A stretch of 54,425 nt of DNA, taken from positions 1-54,425 of the forward strand of contig CAZPMW010000002.1 in assembly GCA_964587805.1 (NCBI GenBank). Reading direction: 5' to 3'. The position numbers and the translations under genes are program-made. Positions 18,322 through 27,466 of this stretch are shown here, piece after piece; position 1 is the first letter of the stretch, and every line of letters begins with the position of its first letter. The notes under the pieces are model-generated. The model saw only the letters and a program-made list of their open reading frames with translations. It did no database searches and was not told where the DNA came from. The stretch comes from an uncultured Elusimicrobiaceae bacterium. Lineage in GTDB: Bacteria > Elusimicrobiota > Elusimicrobia > Elusimicrobiales > UBA9959.

Positions 18322-19520
18322 GAAATTTTTTTATCATTTCTCCCCAATATCCGCCCCGGCTGAGGTTCTTCGCGAACCGGCTGAAAGCCAGGGGTTTTAA
18401 TGTCTTCGGCATAGGCGACGCGGACCCGGGGAGCCTCGACGGGGGGCTCAGGTCCGATCTGACGGAGTATTGCCGGGCTGACCTCTCCTGCTACTCCGGC
18501 AACGAGGATCTTCTCCCGGAGAAATACGCGGCGGTACGTTCCGCTGCCGAATACCTCGCGCGCAAATACGGGCCGCCCGAATACCTGGAATCGTTCAACG
18601 AATGGTGGCTGCCGCTGGACGCGGCGCTCCGCAGGGACCTCGGGGTACCCGGGCTCCGTCCTGACGGGCTCGCGCCGCTGATAAGGAAGTCGCTGATGAA
18701 GGAGCGGTTCAGGGCCGCCGGCGTGGCGGTCGTAGACGGGCTGACGGTGACAGGGCCCGGGGAATTGATGGATTTTTTTGAGCGCTCAGGCCGGGATATA
18801 GTGGTGAAGCCCGACCGCGGAGTGGGCGCGTCCGATACCAGCCGGATAAGAAGCAGGGAGGAGGCGGAACGCTTTTTGGCCGGCAGAAATCCGGCTTATC
18901 CCTATTTTATGGAAGCTTTTATCGGGGCTGAAGGGCGCGAGCTGTATTCTTTCGACGGGTTCACCGACGCGGCCGGCGAGCCGGTTTTTTTCACCTGCCA
19001 CCGCTACAACGACGGCATTATGGAGGTCGTGTCCGGCAACCCGCTCAGCTACCATAACTTGAAGTCGGGAGAGATTCCGGGCGACCTGAAGGCGGCCGGC
19101 CTGGCTGCCCTTAAGAGTTTCGCGCTGAAGAAGATGTTCTTTCACATAGAGTTCTTCCGGGTTAACGGAATCTGTTTCGGGCTTGAGATAAACGCCCGGC
19201 CTCCCGGCGTGCTGACCCTGGACATGATAAACCACTCCAAGGGCATGGACTGCTGGGACCTTTACGCGCGGATGTGCGCCGGTGAAGCGGTCCGCGCCCG
19301 GCCCGCCTGCGACCTGATCTGCGCTTACGCGGCGAGGGTTTACGACAAGCCGTACGCCTTCTCGCATGATGAACTGCTTTCCACGCTCGGCCGGGAGATA
19401 GTCTTCCATATGCCGATGGACAGCAAGGTGATGGGCGACTACGCGTACCTGGCGCTTACAGAAACGCAGGAGCGCAGGGCGGAAGCGCTTGAGCGCATTA
19501 CGGCGCTTCGCCGCGGCTAG
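18318..19520 (+). CDS. ATP-grasp domain protein (carboxylate-amine ligase-like), function unknown
   Basis: ATGA start/stop overlap with the aminotransferase. ATP-grasp-like core 'IVVKPDRGVGASD', 'FMEAFI', 'FHIEFFRV...GLEINARPPG'. 400 aa. Confidence 0.6.
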   Translation: MRNFFIISPQYPPRLRFFANRLKARGFNVFGIGDADPGSLDGGLRSDLTEYCRADLSCYSGNEDLLPEKYAAVRSAAEYLARKYGPPEYLESFNEWWLPLDAALRRDLGVPGLRPDGLAPLIRKSLMKERFRAAGVAVVDGLTVTGPGELMDFFERSGRDIVVKPDRGVGASDTSRIRSREEAERFLAGRNPAYPYFMEAFIGAEGRELYSFDGFTDAAGEPVFFTCHRYNDGIMEVVSGNPLSYHNLKSGEIPGDLKAAGLAALKSFALKKMFFHIEFFRVNGICFGLEINARPPGVLTLDMINHSKGMDCWDLYARMCAGEAVRARPACDLICAYAARVYDKPYAFSHDELLSTLGREIVFHMPMDSKVMGDYAYLALTETQERRAEALERITALRRG

Positions 19521-20238
19521 GGCCCCCGCCCAGCTTTAACACAGCCTCCCTTATGCGCGCCATCGTCCGGCGCCTGTGCGCTACGACATCTTCTTCGGAC
19601 AGGCGCATAACGGCCCAGCCCCTTTCAGACAGCCAGGCGTCCCGCAGCGCGTCCTTCGCCCTCACGGAGGAGTGTGAATGCCATTTGCGCCCGTCGCATT
19701 CTATGTCCAGTTTGCCGCGCGGGCAGAAGACCGCGAAATCCAGCCTATAGCGGCAGCGCGAGCCTTCGCGCACTCCGTATTCAGGCGAGAAATCCAGCCC
19801 CGACCGTTTCAGCGTCCGCCGGAGCAGCCTTTCAAGCGGCGGCGCTCCGAACAGCGCGTGGATATCGGCAGCAGACTTCAGCCCGCGCAGGGTGGTGTAG
19901 CCGCAGCTTACCCGCTCTCCGCCGGCGTTTCTTACCGGGCGCGCAATTTCGCGCGGAGGGCCAAGGGCGTATCTGATATAGCGTGCGCCGGCCGCGGGAT
20001 GCAGCGGCTCTCCGGGCATAAGCTCAAGCCGGCTGGCGGCGGAGCAGCTTTTAACATCAGCATAGTAGCGTATTTGCCCGCCAGCCTTGCCAAATGGAGC
20101 CGGCTGATAAAAGGCGATATAGCGGAAGGCCCGCTTCGGCGCGCGGTCAGCGGGGACGCGGTACCACCTGTCGCGCAGAAGGATATCCAGGTCTGCCTGG
20201 GTTTTCAGTACTCCGATAAACACAGTAGTCCTTTTCAT
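19498..20238 (-). CDS. DUF559 (Vsr-like PD-(D/E)XK) endonuclease domain protein with an uncharacterised N-terminal domain
   Basis: AGGAGG RBS 5 nt upstream of ATG 20238 (the track ORF starts at 20358). C-terminal 'YRLDFAVFCPRGKLDIECDGRKWH...RDAWLSERGWAVMRL' is the DUF559 signature. The 3' end overlaps the ATP-grasp gene by 23 nt (convergent). Confidence 0.7.
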   Translation of the reverse strand: MKRTTVFIGVLKTQADLDILLRDRWYRVPADRAPKRAFRYIAFYQPAPFGKAGGQIRYYADVKSCSAASRLELMPGEPLHPAAGARYIRYALGPPREIARPVRNAGGERVSCGYTTLRGLKSAADIHALFGAPPLERLLRRTLKRSGLDFSPEYGVREGSRCRYRLDFAVFCPRGKLDIECDGRKWHSHSSVRAKDALRDAWLSERGWAVMRLSEEDVVAHRRRTMARIREAVLKLGGGPSRGEAP

Positions 20239-20367
20239 TGGGCCCTCCTGCGATACAATACTCTGGCAGACAGCCCCGACAGCGTACTGTCGTGCCGCCG
20301 CAGTTGAAGTGGTATAATTAAAAACATATGGCGTGAGCGGGCGCGAAGTGATTGGCAAGGAGTGACT

Positions 20368-21714
20368 ATGCTGAAAAATATAACCGGGCTGGCGGGGCTG
20401 GTGTTTTTAATCTCGACTTTTGCCTTTTCAGCCGGGCAGCCGGCTAAGGCCGCCGTAAAAAAGGCCGGGGCATATAAGATCAGGACGGTGCTGGCCGCGC
20501 CCTATTCAGGAGTTATCACTCCCGCGGCCTCCGAGTTTATTAACGCCGCCATTGATAAAGCCAACTCAGGAAAGTTTGACCTTCTGGTTATACAGCTGGA
20601 CACCCCGGGCGGACTGGATAAGTCCATGCGCGAAATAATAAAAAAAATCCTGGCCTCTGAAGTTCCGGTCGCGGTCTATGTCTATCCGCAGGGCGCGCGC
20701 GCGGCGTCGGCCGGCGTGTTCATCGCGATGGCCTCGGATATCGTCGCCATGTCGCCCGGCACTAATATCGGCGCGGCGCACCCGGTTGTGATAGGCTCCC
20801 TGCCTTCCCTGCCTGGTGAAAAAGAGGCCGGGAAGAAGGGCCCGATGGAAGATAAGATGCTTAACGACGCGTCCGCCTACATGAAATCCATCACCCAGCA
20901 GAAAGGGCGCAATGTGGAGTGGGCTATAAAAGCCGTGACCAAAAGCGAGTCCGTCTCCGCTGAGGACGCGCTGAAGGCCGGGGTCGCCGACTTCCTGGCC
21001 GCCGACATGCCGGACCTTTTTGTGAAGATCAACGGCTTTGAACTTCCTGACCTCGGCAGGATCTCGGTAGACGGGCCCAAAGTCGAGGTCCTGTCCCAGA
21101 CCCGGCGCCAGCGGTTTTTCGCGACCGTCACAAACCCCGACATCGCCATGATACTTATGAGCCTCGGGGCCGCCGGCCTGTTCATCGAGCTTTATAATCC
21201 GGGCCTGATACTGCCCGGCGTTGTGGGCGCGGTATCGCTGGTCCTCAGCTTCTATTCTTTTCAGACGCTATCCGCCAATTTCGCCGGCATACTGCTGATG
21301 CTGCTCGGCTTTGTGTTCTTTATAGCCGAGATCAAGGTTCTCAGCTACGGCCTGCTAACCCTGGGCGGAGTTGTTTCTATTATTCTGGGCGCGCTGATGC
21401 TTTTTAATCAGCCGTCCTTGGGAGGATTAAGCCTGTCCATGCATATTCTTACTTCCGCCCTTATATCATTGCTGGCCGTTACGGCCGCGCTCACCTGGAT
21501 GGTCATCAGGGCGCAGATGCGCGGCGTGGTTACCGGGATAGAGAGCCTGACCGGAAAAAAAGGCCTGGCCAAAAGCGCCCTGACGCCCAAAGGCACCGTT
21601 CTGTCGGAGGGGGAACTTTGGACCGCCGAAAGCGTATCCGGAGACATTCCGGCCGGCGCCGAAGTTGTAATAGAATCCGTCCAGGGCTTCAAGATAAAGG
21701 TCCGAAAAGCCTGA
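20368..21714 (+). CDS. NfeD-family membrane-bound ClpP-class serine protease (long form with C-terminal OB domain)
   Basis: AAGGAG RBS 5 nt upstream of ATG 20368. 'LVIQLDTPGGL', 'GARAASAGVFIAMASD', a multi-TM middle region and a C-terminal NfeD OB-like domain. Confidence 0.8.
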   Translation: MLKNITGLAGLVFLISTFAFSAGQPAKAAVKKAGAYKIRTVLAAPYSGVITPAASEFINAAIDKANSGKFDLLVIQLDTPGGLDKSMREIIKKILASEVPVAVYVYPQGARAASAGVFIAMASDIVAMSPGTNIGAAHPVVIGSLPSLPGEKEAGKKGPMEDKMLNDASAYMKSITQQKGRNVEWAIKAVTKSESVSAEDALKAGVADFLAADMPDLFVKINGFELPDLGRISVDGPKVEVLSQTRRQRFFATVTNPDIAMILMSLGAAGLFIELYNPGLILPGVVGAVSLVLSFYSFQTLSANFAGILLMLLGFVFFIAEIKVLSYGLLTLGGVVSIILGALMLFNQPSLGGLSLSMHILTSALISLLAVTAALTWMVIRAQMRGVVTGIESLTGKKGLAKSALTPKGTVLSEGELWTAESVSGDIPAGAEVVIESVQGFKIKVRKA

Positions 21715-21751
21715 AGCGCGGAGCGCTGGCCGGCACATCGTCTGGTTTTCT

Positions 21752-21781
21752 TTGATTTATATATTGTGTATGTGTCATAAT
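21752..21781 (+). promoter_or_regulatory. Sigma70-like promoter candidate upstream of clpC: TTGATT-N18-(TGt)CATAAT
   Basis: Read directly: TTGATT at 21752-21757, and CATAAT at 21776-21781 preceded by TGT (extended -10-like). Confidence 0.4.
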
Positions 21782-21790
21782 GTCTAATCA

Positions 21791-21818
21791 GACGGCGTAA
21801 AAGACGCCGCCGTTTTTA
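21791..21818 (+). terminator. Intrinsic-terminator-like hairpin plus T run between nfeD and clpC
   Basis: ACGGCG (21792-21797) pairs with CGCCGT (21808-21813), followed by TTTTAT. It lies downstream of the promoter-like box and 45 nt upstream of the clpC ATG. Confidence 0.45.
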
Positions 21819-21862
21819 TCATTTGATTTTCGGATTTTTGGCGACCGACCGGAGGAAATATC

Positions 21863-24334
21863 ATGGGAACACGATTTACCGAGAGGGCTCAGCGGGTCAT
21901 TCTGATAGCGCAGGAAGAGGCCAAGCGCCTTAACCACGATTATGTAGGCACCGAGCATATCCTGCTCGGCCTCATCGCGCTGGGCGAGGGCGTAGCCTCG
22001 CAGGTGCTGGCGAGCCTCGGGGTGGACCTCAGGAAGGTGCGCGCCGAAATCGAGAAAATAGTGGGCACAGGCGACAACATGATGCTGCTGGGCGAGATCC
22101 CCTTCACTCCCCGCGCCAAGAAAGTGCTGGAATACGCCGTGGAAGAGGCGCAGCACATGAGCCATTCCTATATCGGTACGGAGCACATCCTTACCGGCCT
22201 CATACGCGAAGAGGAAGGCGTAGCCGCCCGAGTGCTGGAGAACCTCGGCATGAAGCTTGAGGCCGTCCGCGAAGAGGTGCTGAGCATCCTTGGCGAGATG
22301 GAGCAGAAAGAGACTCAGAAGGAAGCTCCCCAGGCAAGACAGAGCGGGCATCACTCCGCCGCCAAAGGCAAGAGCAAAACGCCCACGCTTGATGAATTCG
22401 CGCGCGACCTCACCCAGATGGCTAAAGAGGGGAAACTGGATCCCGTGATAGGCCGCAGCAACGAGATGGACCGCGTTATCCAGGTGCTGGGCCGCCGCAC
22501 GAAAAACAACCCTGTCCTTATAGGCGAGCCCGGCGTGGGTAAGACCGCGATAGTGGAGGGCCTGGCCCAGAAGATAGCGTCCGGAGAGATCTCCGACACT
22601 TTGCTTAATAAGCGGCTTCTCAGCCTCGATCTGGCCTCCATAGTGGCCGGCACCAAGTACCGCGGAGAATTCGAGCAGCGCCTTAAAAGCATCATAGAAG
22701 AAATACGCAAGGCCAAGAACGGAATCATCATGTTTATCGATGAGCTGCATACCGTGATAGGCGCCGGCGCGGCCGAAGGGGCCATAGACGCCTCCAATAT
22801 GCTGAAGCCCGCCCTGGCACGCGGCGAGCTGCAGTGCATCGGCGCGACCACATTCGACGAATACCGCAAACATATCGAGCGCGATCCGGCGCTTGAGCGC
22901 CGCTTTCAGCCCATCGTGGTGGATCCCCCTTCGGTGGAGGAGGCGATAGAGATACTGATCGGCCTCCAGGAGAAGTATGAGGTGCATCATAAGTGCAAAT
23001 ACGCGGCCGCCTCTATCATCGCCGCCGCCCAGCTTTCCGATAAATACATCACCGACAGAGCTCTGCCGGATAAGGCCATAGACCTGCTGGACGAGGCCGG
23101 CTCGCGCGCCAGGCTCAAGCTTTCAATAGCGCCGTCGGAGTTCAAGGAGAAAGAGGCCGCCATCGAGGAGGTCTCAAAAGAGAAGAACGCCGCGATCTAC
23201 GGCCAGGAGTATGAGAAAGCCGCCAAGCTCCGGGACAAAGAAAAAGAATTAAAAAAAGCGCTGGAAGATAATAAAAAGAAATGGCGCGAAGGCCGCGATA
23301 AAGTGGTCCCGGAAGTTACCGAGGAGGATATAGCCGCGATAGCCTCAAAGTGGACAGGCATTCCGGTAACCCGCATGACCGAGAGCGAGATGGAAAAGCT
23401 CAAACATATGGAGGATGAGATCCACCAGAGGCTGATCGGCCAGGAAGAGGCGGTGAAGATAGTGACGCAGGCCATCAAGCGCAGCCGCACCGGCATGAAG
23501 GATCCAAAGCGGCCCATCGGTAATTTTATTTTCCTGGGACCCACCGGCGTGGGCAAGACCGAACTCGCCCGCGTGCTGGCGGACTTTCTCTTCGGCAACG
23601 AGGACGCTATGGTCCGCATAGATATGTCCGAGTATATGGAAAAATTCTCGGTCTCGCGCCTTATCGGCGCCCCTCCCGGCTACGTGGGCTACGAGGAAGG
23701 CGGCAAGCTGACGGAGCTGGTGCGCCGCAAGCCCTATTCCGTCGTGGTGCTGGATGAGATGGAAAAAGCGCATCCCGACGTGTTCAATATCCTGCTGCAG
23801 ATAATGGACGAGGGTACGCTGACCGACAGCCTGGGTCATAAAGTGAGCTTCAAGAACACGATCATTATCATGACCTCTAACGTCGGCGCCCGCCTTATCT
23901 CCAAAGGCAAATCCCTCGGATTTATGCCCGCCGAGGACCGCGAAAAGGATTACCGCGAGATGAAGGACACCGTGATGGACGAGGTTAAGCGCGTGTTCAA
24001 TCCGGAATTTATCAACCGCCTGGACGAGATAATAGTTTTCAAGCCGCTGACCATGGCGGACATGGATAAGATACTGGAGCTTAATCTGAAGAAGGTGGAC
24101 AAAAAGCTGGACGCCAAGGGCGTGAAATTCACCATCACCAAAGAAGCCAAAAAGCATCTTATCGAAAAAGGTTTCGATCCTAACTACGGGGCCCGCCCGC
24201 TGCTGCGGACCATCCAGCGCCTGCTGGAGGACCCGTTGTCCGAGTTCCTGCTGACCAAGCAGGTTACCAAGGGCGGCACCGTTAAGGTCGACTACAAAGG
24301 CTCCGGAGAGGACCTCGACCTCGGCATCGCGTAA
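21863..24334 (+). CDS. clpC: ATP-dependent Clp protease ATP-binding subunit ClpC
   Basis: 823 aa. GGAGGA RBS, two Clp_N repeats, Walker A 'GEPGVGKT' and 'GPTGVGKT', UVR-type linker '[19 protein letters not shown]'. Confidence 0.9.
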   Translation: MGTRFTERAQRVILIAQEEAKRLNHDYVGTEHILLGLIALGEGVASQVLASLGVDLRKVRAEIEKIVGTGDNMMLLGEIPFTPRAKKVLEYAVEEAQHMSHSYIGTEHILTGLIREEEGVAARVLENLGMKLEAVREEVLSILGEMEQKETQKEAPQARQSGHHSAAKGKSKTPTLDEFARDLTQMAKEGKLDPVIGRSNEMDRVIQVLGRRTKNNPVLIGEPGVGKTAIVEGLAQKIASGEISDTLLNKRLLSLDLASIVAGTKYRGEFEQRLKSIIEEIRKAKNGIIMFIDELHTVIGAGAAEGAIDASNMLKPALARGELQCIGATTFDEYRKHIERDPALERRFQPIVVDPPSVEEAIEILIGLQEKYEVHHKCKYAAASIIAAAQLSDKYITDRALPDKAIDLLDEAGSRARLKLSIAPSEFKEKEAAIEEVSKEKNAAIYGQEYEKAAKLRDKEKELKKALEDNKKKWREGRDKVVPEVTEEDIAAIASKWTGIPVTRMTESEMEKLKHMEDEIHQRLIGQEEAVKIVTQAIKRSRTGMKDPKRPIGNFIFLGPTGVGKTELARVLADFLFGNEDAMVRIDMSEYMEKFSVSRLIGAPPGYVGYEEGGKLTELVRRKPYSVVVLDEMEKAHPDVFNILLQIMDEGTLTDSLGHKVSFKNTIIIMTSNVGARLISKGKSLGFMPAEDREKDYREMKDTVMDEVKRVFNPEFINRLDEIIVFKPLTMADMDKILELNLKKVDKKLDAKGVKFTITKEAKKHLIEKGFDPNYGARPLLRTIQRLLEDPLSEFLLTKQVTKGGTVKVDYKGSGEDLDLGIA

Positions 24335-24359
24335 CCAGGCACATCCCAGGAGAGCCAAC

Positions 24360-25430
24360 TTGAAGGACAGCAGTAATCCGCGTATCAGCCATTATTACAG
24401 CGCGCCCAGGCACCAGCAGCGGGCCTGCGGCGCCTCGCGCGCCTCCTCATACGGTAGCATCTTCTGGGTGCTTTTTATCCCGCTCCTGGGTTTTTTGATT
24501 TATAAGTCCGGCGGATATCTGGTCAACCGGTTCAACCCTTCAGACGCGGATATCTACCACGAGAAGGTGGTGCCCAATCCCATAAAGGACGAGGAATGGC
24601 AGACCATGGCCGCGGGCCTCGAGAAGCTCGCCTATAATTATCGCGGCAATGTCGGCATCTACCTCAAGGACCTGAACTCAGACAGGACATGGGAGTATAA
24701 CCCGGACCGGCTTTTCCCCTCGGCAAGCCTCATAAAAGTCCCGATCATGGTGGCCGTTTGTGAGAAGATCAAGCGCGGCGAGATCTCCCTGGACACGCAG
24801 ATCAAGCTGACCCACAGGGACAGGGCCGGCGGCTCCGGCTCGCTTAAATGGGTGCGGGAGGGAACGCGCCTGAGCGTTATGGAGATCATCTACAAGATGA
24901 TAACCGAAAGCGACAATACCGCGACTAAAATGCTCATAGAGGATATGGGCATAGAATATTTCCAGAAAGCTTTTGAGGGAATCGGGCTCGTCACCACCAA
25001 GATCTACCCGGAGGGCCTTAGCCTGACCTCCGGCCATGTGACCAGGGAGAACTACACCACCGCGCGGGAAATGACCGTGTTGATGGAGCGCATTTACAGA
25101 GGAGAGATGGTGGACAGGACTTCAAGCGAATTCATGCTGGATGTGCTAAAGCATAATAAAAGCCGCAGCCGCCTGCGAAAAGGCCTGCCGCTGGGCTGGG
25201 AGATAGGCCATAAAACCGGCCTGCTGCGCCGGTCCTGCCATGATGTGGGCATAGTTTTCTCCCCCCGTGGCGATTACCTGATCTCAGTGCTGACCGGCAA
25301 TGGCCCTGACTATACCACTGCTAAAAACTTTATCTCACGCGTCGCCAAGCTGACATATCAATACTATAAGATAGACTCCGACTACGCCCAGACCCGGGAC
25401 GCCGTTTCCTCGCGGGTCAAGTCGCTGTAA
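24360..25430 (+). CDS. Membrane-anchored class A beta-lactamase-fold serine hydrolase
   Basis: TTG start with AGGAGA RBS 6 nt upstream. One TM helix. Motifs 'SASLIK' (SxxK), 'ESDNTA' (SDN) and 'HKTG' (KTG). Confidence 0.7.
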   Translation: MKDSSNPRISHYYSAPRHQQRACGASRASSYGSIFWVLFIPLLGFLIYKSGGYLVNRFNPSDADIYHEKVVPNPIKDEEWQTMAAGLEKLAYNYRGNVGIYLKDLNSDRTWEYNPDRLFPSASLIKVPIMVAVCEKIKRGEISLDTQIKLTHRDRAGGSGSLKWVREGTRLSVMEIIYKMITESDNTATKMLIEDMGIEYFQKAFEGIGLVTTKIYPEGLSLTSGHVTRENYTTAREMTVLMERIYRGEMVDRTSSEFMLDVLKHNKSRSRLRKGLPLGWEIGHKTGLLRRSCHDVGIVFSPRGDYLISVLTGNGPDYTTAKNFISRVAKLTYQYYKIDSDYAQTRDAVSSRVKSL

Positions 25431-25442
25431 CAGAAAGACAGA

Positions 25443-25578
25443 CGTAAATCGCAGGATGTAAATCGTAAGTCGTGAATAGCGAATTGTGAGCGGCCAGCGG
25501 CGAGAAACCTTTAAACTGTTTACACAGCCGCAGGACACCTCCGGACTATTTACGATTTACGGCTTACTATTTACACAG
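25443..25578 (+). repeat. Heptamer-periodic inverted-repeat element, CGTAAAT class, copy B (best preserved long copy)
   Basis: 5' arm is CGTAAAT CGCAGGA TGTAAAT CGTAAGT CGTGAAT AGCGAAT TGTGAGC GGCCAGC GGCGAGA. Nt 25457-25487 pair with 25545-25575 (24 WC, 3 G.U, 4 mismatches). Confidence 0.75.
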
Positions 25579-25582
25579 TTAT

Positions 25583-27403
25583 ATGGATATTAAAAAAATC
25601 GAACTGCTCGCTCCCGCAAAGAACGCCGCGGTCGGCATAGACGCCGTCAATTGCGGCGCCGACGCGGTCTACATCGGGGCGGAGGAATTCGGCGCCCGCC
25701 ACGCTGCGGCGAACTCCGTGCAGGATGTAGGCAGGCTGGCGGCTTACGCCCATAGATATCGCGCGAAGGTTTACGCCGCGGTGAACACCATACTCACTGA
25801 CGCGGAGCTTGAAAGCGCGGCTAAACTAATACGCCGCCTGTGGGATGCGGGCGCCGACGCCGTCATCATACAGGATATGGGGCTGCTGGAGCTTGACCTG
25901 CCGCCTATCCCTCTTTTCGCCAGCACCCAGACGCATAACCTTACGCCACAGAAAGCGGTGTTCCTGGAAAAAGCGGGCTTTAGCAGAATCATCCTCGCGC
26001 GCGAGCTTTCTCTGGCCGGCATAAAGAATATCAGAGCTAAAACTTCCGTCGGGCTTGAGTTCTTTGTTCACGGGGCGCTGTGCGCCTCGCACAGCGGGCA
26101 GTGCTGGCTGAGCTTCGCGCTGGGCGGCCGCAGCGGGAACCGCGGCGAATGCGCGCAGCCCTGCCGCAAGCTTTATTCGCTCAGGGACGCGGCCGGAAAT
26201 GTGCTGGTAAAGGACAAGCACCTGCTCTCGCTTAAAGACCTGAACCTGTCGTCGCGGCTGGGGGACCTGATAGACGCGGGGATAACTTCCCTGAAGATAG
26301 AGGGGCGGCTTAAAGACGCGGACTATGTGCGCAACGTAGTGTCATATTATCGCCGGGAGCTGGACAAGGCGCTGGCCGCGAGAAGGATGGCGAAGAGCTC
26401 CGCGGGCAAGGCGTTCATCGAATTTACTCCGGACCTCGCCAAAACATTCAACCGGGGATATACCGAATATCTGCTGGACGGGCCCGGTCCGGACATGGCG
26501 TCGCCGGACAGCCCTAAATTTATCGGCGAGCCAGTGGGCCGAGCGGTGAAGGTGGGCCTTAAATCGTTCCGGCTGGACTGCCACTGCCGGCTGAACAACG
26601 GAGACGGCATAGCTTTTTTCGATACGCGCGGGGCGCTGAGCGGTACGCATGTTAATATTGTGCAGAATGGCAATGTGACTCCGGTAAGCACGCGCGGGAT
26701 TTCGGAGGGGACGCTTATTTACCGGAACCTGGACAGGGAATTTGCCCGGGTCCTGGAGCGCGCCAAGCCCGAGCGAAGGATAGGCGTTAAGCTGAAGTTC
26801 AGCGAAACGGATACGGGGTTCCTGCTGAGCGCGACCGACGAGGAAGGGTTTGAGGCGGAGATCTCGTGCATGCCGGAGAAAACGAAGGCCGACAAGCCCG
26901 AAGCGGCGGCAGAAACGATTAAAAGACAGCTTTCAAAAACGGGGGAGAGCGGGTTTTATCTGCAGGGTCTGGAGCTTTCGCTTAAGGCGGCTTATTTCAT
27001 CCCGGTGAGCATTCTGAACGATCTGCGGCGCAAGGTCCTGGGCCAGCTGGACAAGGCCAGGGAGTCAGGTTATAAGCGCATAGAGACCAGGCTGGAGAGG
27101 ACCTCGCACAAATACCCGGAGAAAGAACTTGATTTTACGGCAAACGTGCTGAATTCTAAAGCCGAGGCTTTTTATAAGCGCCATGGCGCGGTTGTGAAAG
27201 AGCGCGCCGCCGAAGCAGGCGCCGACCTGACCGGCCGGACCCTGATGACCATCAGCCTCTGCCTCCGCCGCCCAAAGCTGTGTCCCAAAGAGGGCGCCGC
27301 CGGACCCGCGGATCCGCTCTATCTTGAAGACGAAGAAAAGCGCCTGTTCCGCCTGGATTTCGACTGTTTAAATTGCCGGATGAAGCTCCGCCTCGGTAAG
27401 TAG
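25583..27403 (+). CDS. Peptidase-U32-family protein, long form (RlhA/YdcP- or TrhP-like RNA hydroxylation factor candidate)
   Basis: 606 aa. The U32 signature 'EFFVHGALCASHSGQCWLS' matches E-x-F-x2-G-[SA]-[LIVM]-C-x4-G-x-C-x-[LIVM]-S. Long C-terminal extension. Confidence 0.8.
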   Translation: MDIKKIELLAPAKNAAVGIDAVNCGADAVYIGAEEFGARHAAANSVQDVGRLAAYAHRYRAKVYAAVNTILTDAELESAAKLIRRLWDAGADAVIIQDMGLLELDLPPIPLFASTQTHNLTPQKAVFLEKAGFSRIILARELSLAGIKNIRAKTSVGLEFFVHGALCASHSGQCWLSFALGGRSGNRGECAQPCRKLYSLRDAAGNVLVKDKHLLSLKDLNLSSRLGDLIDAGITSLKIEGRLKDADYVRNVVSYYRRELDKALAARRMAKSSAGKAFIEFTPDLAKTFNRGYTEYLLDGPGPDMASPDSPKFIGEPVGRAVKVGLKSFRLDCHCRLNNGDGIAFFDTRGALSGTHVNIVQNGNVTPVSTRGISEGTLIYRNLDREFARVLERAKPERRIGVKLKFSETDTGFLLSATDEEGFEAEISCMPEKTKADKPEAAAETIKRQLSKTGESGFYLQGLELSLKAAYFIPVSILNDLRRKVLGQLDKARESGYKRIETRLERTSHKYPEKELDFTANVLNSKAEAFYKRHGAVVKERAAEAGADLTGRTLMTISLCLRRPKLCPKEGAAGPADPLYLEDEEKRLFRLDFDCLNCRMKLRLGK

Positions 27404-27466
27404 CCGTAAAACTCCGGCGTGCTTTCCCTTATGAGCCGCCGGGCCCGCGACAGACAATAACCGACT

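Noticed and set aside
21788-22990. Long antisense or alternate-frame ORFs: 400 aa opposite clpC here, and also 1439-2737, 10249-11256, 23345-24358, 35954-36772, 37585-38643, 42903-43487 and 48371-49057.
   Set aside because: All lie fully inside strongly recognisable conserved genes on the other strand or frame. Their translations are Arg/Gly/His/Ala-rich low-complexity strings, typical of stop-poor antisense frames in high-GC DNA. None has start-site or RBS support.
25443-25578. CRISPR array interpretation of the short tandem repeats (also at 2729, 42582, 44126 and 50773).
   Set aside because: The repeat unit is only 7 nt with no intervening unique spacers. The arrays occur as inverted pairs forming hairpins. 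No cas genes are in the window.
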